64,000 nt of DNA from the human T2T-CHM13v2.0 reference genome, Homo sapiens, in the NCBI RefSeq assembly GCF_009914755.1, contig NC_060947.1. One strand, given 5' to 3'. The notes under the pieces were generated by a model. It was not told the origin of the DNA. It saw only the letters and a program-made list of their open reading frames with translations, and ran no database searches. Shown one piece after another: positions 52,874 through 64,000 of the stretch (positions within the stretch are counted from its first letter, which is position 1; each line of letters begins with the position of its first letter). Both the position numbers and the translations under genes were made by a program.

Positions 52874-53379
52874 CTGACATGACCTCAAACTGCACCCCCT
52901 ACCCAGTAAATCCACTATGCCTGGGCCCCAGGCCCCTTCTTTCTCTTTCTGCAACATAGATGCTCTTTCCTTCTCTGTTCTCTTGTACTTGCTGTTCCCT
53001 CTGCCTCAAATGCAGAACTGTCTTCTTCTCATCACTTAGATCTCACCACCTCAGAGAGGCCTTCCCTGAACACCCAACCTAAAACATACTCTCTGGTCCC
53101 ATTATTCCATTTAATTTTGTTCATAGCGCTAGTTTATTATCTGTGCCAACCCCCACTTATACATGCTCCGTGAAGGCAGGGACTTTGTATTCATTGGTAC
53201 CTCATACTGTGCCCAGCATGTAACAGGTGACTATTGGGCATTTTTGCATGTATAAATAAACAAAAGTAGATGTATTTCTACACCTTTACCATTCTTTGTA
53301 CTGGCTGAGTATTTTCTCATTGTAAAATGTACTATAATTCATGTCCTTGAACATCTTATTACTATAATAACTCAGTATC

Positions 53380-53497
53380 GGCTGGGTGTGGTGGCTCACG
53401 CCTGTAATCCCAGCACTTTGGGAGGCCAAGGTGGGTGGAGTCAGGAATTCGAGATCAGCCTGGCCAACATAGTGAAACCCCATCTCTACTAAAAATA
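53380..53497 (+). mobile_element. Alu left monomer only
   Basis: ggctgggtgtggtggctcacgcc...tctctactaaaaata, then non-Alu sequence. Confidence 0.9.
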
Positions 53498-53722
53498 TCT
53501 GTTGTATGTGTAGATGGGGGTGGGGGTAGCTGGAAGTGATGGGGCAAAGAGATATTTATAAAATTTACATTTATTTGGTAGAAAATGAACTTTGCCAGAA
53601 AATGAAATTTTAAACCTCAAATTTTTCTTAATTAGAATCATACAAACCAAAAACAATGGTCTATTTGATATGTAGTAATATTATTGATAGAAGGTTACAT
53701 CCAGATTTTAAAAATCTGAGGA

Positions 53723-54184
<462 letters not shown>

Positions 54185-54459
54185 CTAGTGGAGACTCCCC
54201 CTAATAAACCAGTTGGCAGAGGACTGCCTTTCCACTACCATCTTATTCTGAGCAGTATGTATGCCATTTGCAGGCTTATAACCATCCCTTCTCGACAGCC
54301 TCACCATTATTTCACAAGCATTTACCAGATTACAATGAGGGGGGATATAAAATTCTTTAATAAAGAGTGAGAGAAAGCAAGAGTAAATGGAAGTCACAGT
54401 CTTTTAGAAACGGTCTACTACATTTGCTATCCAGTGAAGGGGCTGCTGCAATCCAGTGA

Positions 54460-55040
54460 GAGAAGCATGGTCTTTTCAATATATGGCACTGGATCAATTG
54501 CATATTCATGTGGAAAATTAACCATGGCACTCAAACGGTATGCAAAAAGTAACCTGATGGCCGGGCGCAGTGGCTCATGCCTGTAATCCCAGCACTTTGG
54601 GAGGCAGAGGTGGGTAGATCACTTTAGGTCAGTAGTTCAAGACCAGCCTGGTCAACATGGTGAAACCTTGTCTCTACTAAAAGTACAAAAATTGGCCAGG
54701 CATGATGACAGGTGCCTGTAATCCCAGCTGCTCAGGAGCCTGAGGCAGGAGAATTGCTTAAACCCAGGAGGCGGAGGTTGCAGTGAGTCGAGATCGCACC
54801 ACTGCACTCCAGCATGGGCTGGACTGTGTCTCAAAAGGAAAAAAAAAAGGAACTTGAGATAGATTGTAGTAGATCTAAATGTGAAAGGTAAAACAATAAC
54901 ACTTCTAGGCAAAAATATCAGAAAACACCTTCATGACATTGGGTTAGGCAAAAATATCTTAAACAGGGCATAAAAAGCACCAAGTCTAGATGAAAAGATT
55001 TAATAAGTGAATTCACTACAGTTATGAACTTATTAATGAA
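54460..55040 (+). mobile_element. Old L1 ORF2-end fragment interrupted by an Alu
   Basis: ggtcttttcaatatatggcactgg...; gatctaaatgtgaaaggtaaaacaataacacttctagg. Confidence 0.7.
54559..54848 (+). mobile_element. AluSx/Sz-like
   Basis: ggccgggcgcagtggctca... to an A-rich tail. Confidence 0.95.
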
Positions 55041-55044
55041 TTTT

Positions 55045-55742
55045 AATTAAAATACTGTGTAAAATAATATATTAGCTTAATTAGCACTAGCTACTGAAAC
55101 AAACCATGCAACAGTGGTTTATTTCTCATTCACATTATAGTAAAATGTGGATTAACTCTTTTCTAAGAAGTGACTCAAGAACTCAGGCTGCTTCTATCTA
55201 GTGGCTACAAGGTCACCCTGGTATTATTCAGATAGAGGGCAGGGAAAAGAGTGTGATATTCTGAATGTTTGTGTCCCCCTAAAATTTCCTTGTTGAAATC
55301 TTAGGCCCCGAGGTGATTGTATTAGGAGGCAAGGCCTTTGGAAGAATTATAGAAGAGACCCCAGAGAGCTAGCTAGATCCTTCCATCATGCCACAGCAAG
55401 AAGGTGTCACCTATGAACCAAGAAAGGCACCCTCATCAGAGAGTGAATCTACTGACACCTTGATCTCAGACTTCCTGCTTCCAGAACTGCGCAAAAATAA
55501 ATTTCTGTTCTTTATAAGCCACCCCAGTCTATGGTACTTTGTTATAGCAGCCCAAATGAACTAAAAGAGTTTAGAAAAGGCAAACTGCATATTTAACCAC
55601 CTAGGTGCAAAAGTGATTCATGTCACTTTCACTCACATTCTATAGATGAGAACTAGTCTCAGGGCCAATCCAACTGCAAAGGGATGCCAGGAAGTGCAGA
55701 GTAGTTTAGGGATACCCATAAGCACCAATAGTCTCTGCCAAG
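55045..55742. mobile_element. Old MLT1 LTR with nested MLT1A-like LTR (~55252-55566)
   Basis: Inner: ctgaatgtttgtgtcccc...cagtctatggtactttgttatagcagccc. Outer: atttctcattcacat...ccaactgcaaaggga...tagtctctgcca. Confidence 0.75.
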
Positions 55743-56699
55743 ATCAGCCAATGGAAAGTGAAGTATCAAACACTGTTATTACTTTTAGTCAAAAGAATTT
55801 TGAAATGATCACATGCCAAAAATAAGTGTGAAAGGAAAAAATATACTTGAAAATGACCATATTCCAAAAGTAAGTCTGAAAGGAAAAATAAACTTGAAAT
55901 TTAGATATTCTGGGCATGTCCTGCTATTCCTGATTTACAAAGACCATTTTTCTGCCTGCCTGCTTCTTGAGACCACTTGGAGGATTTACACTGGACAGAG
56001 CAGAAAGGTACTGGTAAGAAAGAGATAAATAGATCCTAAAGACAGGAGGAAATAACAAGACAAACAAGAGCCAGCAGCACAAGCTAGACTTGGAGAAAAT
56101 TTGAGAGAAATTGAGTGAAAAATGAGAGAGGTGTGGGGACATCTGCACTGTGGGTAGGCTTCTGAGAGAGAATGACTTGGAAAAGGAAGTTTTAGAAAGA
56201 ACTTTATGAAAGTTTGGCTTACTGTGATATCGAAATCCCCTTTAGTGCTTTCTGAGACAATATCTATAATGCTAATTATAATTGTTTTTCATATTTTTCT
56301 TGATATTTAGAATAATGTTTCTTCAAATGTGACCATGTGCCAAGACTGAGTCTTGGGGTACTTTAAATTTATAGAGGTTACATAGAAGTTCATAGTAGAT
56401 GCTACCAAATGCTTGCATAAAATTCTCACTTTAAAGGAATATAGCAAAGTAGAATGTTCTGTGTACAAACCTCTTTTCCTGGAATGACTGCACCTAGTTC
56501 CTTTGAAATACAACAGTATTATGACTGTGAATGGGACTCCTATGTCTAAGAACTTAGAACTCCCATGTTATCCAATTGATACCAGCAATTGATATGTTTC
56601 AATTGCTAACCTTAATATCAACATAAGTATGGCCACAACATTTCTCCTGGGAAGTTAATGAACAACTTGAAAGGCAGATAGAAGCACCTAGCTTTATGA

Positions 56700-57665
56700 G
56701 AAAGAGCAGAATCTCTGGAGTCATGGAAAACTGAGTTTCTTTCTCGGCTTATTAGTTTATCTATGTCACCTTGGTTGAACTCATTAAGATTTCTGAGTTC
56801 AAATTTCATCCTCTGTAAGATGGAAGAAATGGTATTACCTCATGGTGTTATGATGGGGGCTAAATATTATAAATATAAAGAATTTAGCACTGTGCTTGGT
56901 GCATAACAGGTACTTAATGTACGTTAGGAGCTAGTTTCTCTTCATCCACACTCCCTAGATGCCAAAATTCAGGGAATGAGAAGATGAGTAAGACTTTGTG
57001 TAGGAGATGGATGATGAGAAGGGGGAAGCATTCCTGAGGAAAATAAAAATACAAGTAAAGAACTGAATGTGGGTAGCAAAGCAGGTCATGGCATTTGCTG
57101 AAAAGAACAAAGACTTTGTGAGGGGAAGTGCAGAAGATAAAATTGTACAGGTCTTCCCACAGACTGCCATATTCCTCATGTATTGGCCTAATGATGTCTC
57201 CAGCTTCATTTTGTATTGCAGAACTCCTTAGCTCTGAATTTCACCCACAGTGGCTCTCTCAGGTTTTTTTGTTGATGTTGTTGTTAATATTCTGTGCTTC
57301 TTCATATACCTGCCTTGCATGGGGAGGCAAGGTATTTTGCATTTGCTGTTCTCTTTATCTGGAATGCATTTCCCATCTTCACTTTTTTTACTTAGTTAAC
57401 TCTTATTCATCCTTTATATGTTAACTCAAATGTCAGGCAAGTCTTCCTTAAGATCAGACCTATTACATGCTCTGAAAATAATCTGTATTTTCCCTTTGTA
57501 TCACAAATCGTCATTTGAAATTATATATTACCTTGTGTGATGATTTGTCTAATGTGTATATCCCACAGTTGACCCTTTTTATTTTACTTGTCATTGTATT
57601 CCTAACAGCTAGAGCATAGAAGGACCTCAATAACTACTCTTTTTTGACTGGATGAATGAATGAGT
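56700..57665. mobile_element. MIR and L2 relics
   Basis: tgtcaccttgg...tttcatcctctgtaagatgg (MIR); gctgttctctttatctggaatgc...gatgaatgaatgag (L2 3' end). Confidence 0.65.
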
Positions 57666-59291
57666 ACATGTCTTTGGGAGGGATTAAAATATAATCCTGT
57701 TAAAGTTTTACCCCTAGGCCCTCAGAATAAGAAATGACAGGTTGGTCTAGACTCCCTCATTAATATCTCCAAACATCCAGCCCCATGGCAGAAGCCCATT
57801 GCAATGTTATTTGCAGGCTGAAGATTGATGGATACCCTCCTAGTAGCCCTGGTTGTATCCTCCAGCTGTGTGCTATGTGTGAAACATGTCTCAAGAGCTA
57901 GAAGGGAATTTAGACTCCTTTCCCAAATGCTATACTCCAAGTCCTTTATGTAAAAGAATTGAAGATTCTGCTTAAATTATTGTTACCAGGATCTCTAAGT
58001 AAGAGCTCTTTCTGCTGACAAAACCAGTAAGGATGGCAATGTGCAGGTAAAGCTGGAAGCCCCTATTTCAACTCTGTTGCTGTTTTCCAGCCTATAAAGA
58101 GTTGGCTTACAGCCATTCTGTTGATTCCACAAGGCAGGCCTAGGTCCGATTTACAGAATGATGGACACTTGTAATTCACATAAGAAAAAGTTATCAGAGT
58201 TGTTTCAAGATTAAGTGGGTGACACTGAGAGACAATGAATTCTCTGTACCTGGAGATAGTCCAGAAGAGACAGGATAACCTTTTAACAGAATTATTGTAC
58301 ATTATATGGGGAACAAAATGAGAAAACCTCTGGAGTTCTTTCCACTACTGCCGTTGGAAGATTCTGAGATGTGTGTTCTTTGAGTTTTCTCTCTAGTCAT
58401 GGGGGATGGGTTACACTGAGTCATCTCCTCTCTCCCCTGGATTCCTTTAGCCCCAAGAGTCTTCTGGCTAGGGTTGGGGCACGGCCTGTGGCCAGGGAAC
58501 ATAACTGAGTTAACACCCTCACAGAGACTGAACCCAGGACCTTGTCCTCATTAGCTCTGTCCTCTAATCCCCCAACTTCACAGGCACACTTCTGATACAC
58601 AGCAGTGAAATTAACTCCGGAGTTTTACACCATGCAAAGTGATGTAATCCAAAGACATCTATTTCAGCATGACAACATTATGCTCCATTTAAAAATGAAA
58701 TTTTCAGGGTGATAAAAATTAAAATGATGGTTTTGAAGTATTTGAGTGAGGAATTTTCTGTCAAAGCAAGAGGAAATGTTATGCATAAGGATTTGCAGTT
58801 TCAACCATGCAGAGACATAAATATCACATATTAATAGACGTGACCTAGTTGCAATCATAGTCGGCCTCATTCTCATCTTGTCTCCCTCACATGTTTATTC
58901 TCTATTTGGATAGCTTACTCTGAAAGCTCATGGGATATCTGTGGATATGCAAAAAGAATGAGAAGTTGACAGTGTGATAATAAACAACACAGAAAATGAA
59001 GTGAGCTTAAAGAAATATTTTATTATTACTAACTTGACTTAAAATTATTGGGATTTGCTGGTTGTTGGTCCTTATTACTTTTGCTATCTCTAATTTAAAA
59101 TCATATATTAGATAAACTCCTTACATAGTTAGATTTTCAATTATACTTACCAATGGCAAATATAATACAGCCTTCACTGAACTACCTGTTGAGTTTCCTA
59201 TCACTCTGCGCTCTGCTAAGGAAGAGCTGTAATAAAACTGCTTAGCCAATCTCTTTGAAATTTAGAGCTACACAGGAACTTAAAAAGTACC

Positions 59292-59483
59292 TAGCTCAGA
59301 AATTCTTCATTTTCTGGGGTTATATGAACATCTGAGAATCTGATGAAAGCCATAGGCTCTATCCTTAGCACACTACATGTAAGTATTTACATACACATAT
59401 ACATGCAATTTTGCATAGTTCCTGGGCTTTACAGTCCCCTCCATAAAACCTGTCCATCGAGCCCAGATTAAGAATCTGTGTTC
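59292..59483. mobile_element. MER117-like hAT MITE
   Basis: tgagaatctgatgaaagccatagg...aattttgcata...cccagattaagaat. Confidence 0.55.
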
Positions 59484-61569
59484 CAATGCAGTTTTTTCCT
59501 TTTAAAGATAACAAAGCTGAGGATCAGGACCTATCTAAAAAGCAGAAAACTTAAAAAAGAAACTAAAGATATAAGATTTAAGAGAAGACCTTACCTGAGG
59601 AAAAAAACACTATGAATAAACTTTGAGATAGTAACCATTTTACAATCTATACGTATCTCATAACATCATGTTGTAAACCTCAAATATACACAACAAAATG
59701 TATCTACAACACAGGAAATCAAAGTAATAAAAACTCTGACATACAAAAAATAATTCTATGGAAATTAATAAGAGAATCTGAAGATTTCTAGTTCAACAAA
59801 CTTGGCTCCTGGCTTTTCTAGAATCATGTGTAGGCAACAATTATTACTGTTATTGCTGTAGACTCAGTTGTTTAGTCTGAAAACATATGATCTTATGTTT
59901 TTGGGTCCCATATTTCTGCAATAAATATTTATTGAGCTCCTAAAAATAATTATATAAAAACTTCAGATAATATTATGAGTAAAATAGTTAAAAATAAATA
60001 AGTAAAATAAACTTTGAGAGTCAAGAGTCATTACTAAAATGTGGGACTTGCATCTGTAAATGGAATATTTTAAGGGATATATCTAGAGAAGAACAAAGAC
60101 CTTTCTACCTGCTAAATTTATTATAAGTTCTCTTACTTCACACAGTCATATATATTTTAATAAATCTACACCTGCCTTTCTGTTAGTGTTTTGAAACTGC
60201 ACACATCAGTCAAATAATATTTTTTCCCATTCTAAGGAAAGCTTACAAAGGAACTGTTTCTTTTCTTGTCTGTCCGTCTGTTTGCTTGTGGAAATAAATT
60301 TAGTGTGGACCCACTAATACATAGAAAGATTCTCCTAACTCTTGCAGTTAAGCATCTTGAAATGCCAAATGAAGATTTTCACGTTGACCAAACCCTGGCC
60401 GTTTCCACATTGTCTGCTTTGGAATGGTTTCCCTTGGGTATCATTTTTTTTTTTTTAGAGTTAGCTTAGGAGTGTTTCCTGCAGTGACTGATATAGAACC
60501 ATGTAGCTTGAGACCAAGCAGTTACTGTAAATATATCATCTGTAATTCTCTCAAATCCCATTTATCCACAGAGTCATGTGAAGACTAGAACTAAACATTG
60601 ACACCCGGAAGACGCATACCCTATAGGTTTCCACAAATCTCTTTTTCCTTCAGTACAATAAATCCACCGAGCTATGATATGTCCTGTAAACCTTAAACCA
60701 AACGTTGTCATCCTGAAGGGTGAGCACAGTTCCCAGTGAGAATATTGATGCTAACAGATTGAATGCCATGGAAACTGAGAAAGACCTAATTTAAACAGAA
60801 ACCATTGCTATTTATTTATTTATTTAGATCAGTCTTCTAAACTCAGAGTGAGCAAGAGTTTGAGGGCTTCCAAAAATAAGATTCATAATATTTAAAACCA
60901 GTTGTGTTTTTCTGAATGTAGGGCAATGAATACTAAATTTTCTTTGCCATTTACTTCTTCCTTGCAGTGAATCAAGAAAAGACTTCATGACTATAAAATT
61001 CTTGAGGTTGGGCTTGAAAATTTTGTAGCAATTGGCAAAAATGTGTAGAGTTCCCAATCTTCACCTGCAGAATCATATACTTGTACAGCTGAAAGTCTTC
61101 TTGGAACCAGTTCAGAGATTATTTAATCAAGTTAAAGATTATTTTACTATACTACTGATAAACATGCCTGCTCACTTTTCTCCAGGGGTATGACATAGCC
61201 AGATGAATGTTGGTTTCACTTTCATTCATTTGAACAAAAGGGTGATTTGGTCCACAACATAATTAGCAAGAGTAGAATCAGTTGACTGGGGGGAAAATGG
61301 CTCAATTTTCACCTGGGGAAATGATAAATTACTAGGGGGCAATAGGCTGTGAAACCCAGAGTGCCGTGGAGATGAGAGCCAAACTCCTCCTGCTACTTCA
61401 TGGGGTCCATGGTAAGGCCTGGTTGCCAGTCAAAGGATAGTTCTTAGATGCCACCTACTGAGTCTCCCCACAAAAATGGACAAACAACAATCAGACTGGT
61501 GAAGAAGCAAATCTAGGCATCTTCTGGGATCTTCTGAGAGTCTTATATTGTGGCCAAGCAGTCTCCACA

Positions 61570-62080
61570 TAGCTTAGTGTTTAACATATGAACTATGAAG
61601 CTAGACAAAGCTAGGTGTGAATCCTGAGTCTGCAACTACTTGCCATGTGACCCTGGACAAGTTATTTAATATACCTGTGCCTCAGTTTACTCGTCTTTAA
61701 AATAAGATAGTGAAACCTACCTTGGAAGACTGCATTGAGAATTAAATAAAATAATATAACTGTGGCAATGAATCCTTAGTTGCCTCAAAAGTTGAGCATG
61801 TAAGCATATATCATGTTACAATGGCTGACCTGGAATAGGGAACTCAAAGTACCTATTATTTTTTCTGCTTTTTAGCACTGGGTTTCAAACTTTTCTTAGC
61901 AGCTAAGAACACTTAACAGATCATGGGACACAAGTCAAAGCTCAGTAGCGGTTTTACTCACTTCCACTTCCAGGTAACAACCTTACAATAAATTACCCTT
62001 TCCCAAGCCTCAGTTTCCTCATTTATATGATGAAGGGGTTAGATCATCTCTAGGGGCCCTTTCAGCTTTGGTATTCTAGG
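61570..62080 (+). mobile_element. MIR and MIR3 fragments
   Basis: gaatcctgagtctgcaactacttgccatgtgaccctggacaagttatttaa; gcctcagtttcctcattt...ggggttagatcatctctagggg. Confidence 0.7.
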
Positions 62081-62924
62081 TTCCTGTGGTTTTATATCTA
62101 GAGACATAAACATGTAGAAACATTGTGTTCTTGAGATTTTTAAAGAAGTGATAGAGACAAAGATGAGGGGGAGAATTATTGGGAGTAGTGACGAGTTCAA
62201 CCCTTAGGAATTCAAAGTGAAAGAGAAAAGAGTTACAGAATTCCCATAGGCTCTTCTAGGCAGGGAGTAAGGAAGCAGGTGTATGAGAGTTAATGACCTG
62301 ACCTCGATCAGTTTCAGTGAAGACAAGAGATGATTGTTGGAGTGGGATATTTACCTCTCTCCCCTCCTCTCACCCACAGACATGGGAGACTCCTACAACT
62401 CATAGCCCTGGGGCCACTTGTGCCCTACTGAACATTTATAGACTAGGACCATGGACTAATGAAATCTGGCTATGGCCAGGTGTTTGTTACAGAAGAAACT
62501 GTGATCCATGCACCAGGGCCAATTTGAATGCAAATTTACCCACTGTAGGTCTTGGCATGAAGTAAGAAACAGATTTGTTTCAATCGAACAGTCTTTCTAT
62601 TTGCAATCATACCACTGTGTGCTGTGATCCTATTAGTTATGACAAGCAAAGCAGCTCTGTGGGGCTGACTGCCTCCTTCCATGTGCACACACACATGCAA
62701 CCTCCACGGAACACTCAGACTGGTATCATGGAGGCAGTAGGTGGCAGTCCTCTACTTTGTAACTCAGAAAGAGTTCAGGGATTGGAGGCTGTCTTCTGCT
62801 GAAGCAAAACTGTGGTCCTGAATATTTCTTGAAAAACCACTGTCTATTTTAAGGTTGATGGAAGGAATCAGATCTGCTCTTCACCAAGAGTAGGGCAGAA
62901 ACCCTAGTTAATCCGCTAATGGGA

Positions 62925-63180
62925 GGCAACATAGTATGGTGGATAAGAGCATGGTTTCTGGAGACAAATTGCCTGAGTTTTCTTCCCAACTCTGCCATTT
63001 ATCAGCTGTGTGACACTGGGCAAATTATTTAACATCACTGTGCCTCAGTTTCCTCCTAATGTAAAGTGAAAGTAATAGTAGAGCCTACCTCACAGGGTTG
63101 TTGAGAAAATCAAATGAATTAATATATATAAAGAAGTTATGACAGTGCCTAGCAGAATAAGTGCTATATAATTGTTTATT
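62925..63180 (+). mobile_element. MIR, near full length
   Basis: ggcaacatagtatggtggataagagcatgg...ctgtgcctcagtttcctc...cctacctcacagggttgttgag. Confidence 0.85.
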
Positions 63181-63391
63181 AAACAAAATAATCTTTATAT
63201 GTTTGGCACTGTCTAAATTATCTCAAAGTCAATATTAATTTAGCTGTTTTTCTCCTTTATTAAAAATCTGCAGCCTACTTACAGAGCACAAGTACTAATG
63301 GCCAAAATCAGTAGAGAGGGTTTTAAATAGCTTCACATTACTTTGAAATCCAAATTATAAATCCAGAAAGATGCATCTCACATAAGACACT

Positions 63392-63640
63392 TGTGTTAGT
63401 TAGGGTAGGATAACTTCCAGGACAAAAAGATCCAATATATACAACTGGCTCAAACACAATAGTTTACTTCTCACTCATTAGAAGCCCACATGGATGCTCC
63501 TGTTAGGCAGACAGCTGTCTTCTAAATGGAGAATTAGGGACCCAGGCTCCTTCTACCGATGGTTCCATCATCTTCAACACGTGGTTTCCCAGGTCAATAT
63601 GCTCCTCTGCAGCAGGTCAGTAAAAAGGAAAACTTTGGGA
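63392..63640 (-). mobile_element. Old MLT1 (J/K-like) LTR fragment
   Basis: tgtgttagttagggtagg...gtttacttctcactca...agggacccaggctccttct...ttccatcatcttcaacacgtgg. Confidence 0.6.
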
Positions 63641-64000
63641 CTTCTCTACATGTATGTTTTTGTGATAGGTTTAATTCATACAAATTCCCCTTCCCTTTCT
63701 CCTTGAATTCTAGTTAGGGATCAGCCATTCCAAAATAGGTCAGATGAAACAATTCCCGGCAGCACTTGTCAGTCCCATGGAGCCAGGCTTTGATGATGTG
63801 AGCCAATTCCAGCATCTCTTGGAAGCTGAGAATTTAAGCATGAACTGTTGATGTCACCCACTCTTTACTGAGTGGCAAATGGCCAAGCTCAGTAACTCCA
63901 AAAATTATCCTTTCCTGGATGAAGAGCAACAGTTTCTGATGCTTTGTGTTTCTTCTTATAAAGATTCAAAAGTAAGGCTGGAAATGAATTCAAAGCAAAG

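Noticed and set aside
51552-52895. Several 70-150 aa ORFs in the GC-rich block
   Set aside because: They lie in the MER52-like LTR; high GC and tandem units reduce stop-codon frequency, and no recognisable domain is present.

Overview
This is primate (very probably human) non-coding genomic DNA, AT-rich and dominated by transposable elements. It contains many L1s of different ages, about 10 Alus or Alu fragments, a solo HERV-K(HML-2) LTR5B-like LTR, THE1/MLT1/LTR8/MER52 LTRs, a decayed Tigger7 DNA transposon, and MIR/L2/MER relics. The only gene-derived sequence I recognise is an intronless retrocopy of SNURF (SNRPN upstream reading frame) at about 32062-32488. Its stop codon is lost, giving a 121-aa ORF, which matches what I recall as SNURFL on human Xq27; that location is an inference. 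Most other ORFs in the track are L1/Alu/LTR fragments or chance ORFs. There are no prokaryote-type systems (CRISPR, operons, rRNA/tRNA), and I cannot support a claim of a new biological system. The most unusual structures are the SNURF retrocopy, which lacks the SNRPN half, and a nested pair of twin-primed inverted L1s with a candidate 3' transduction (42.9-47.3 kb). Subfamily names come from recalled consensus sequences rather than a RepeatMasker run, and boundaries of old elements are approximate.
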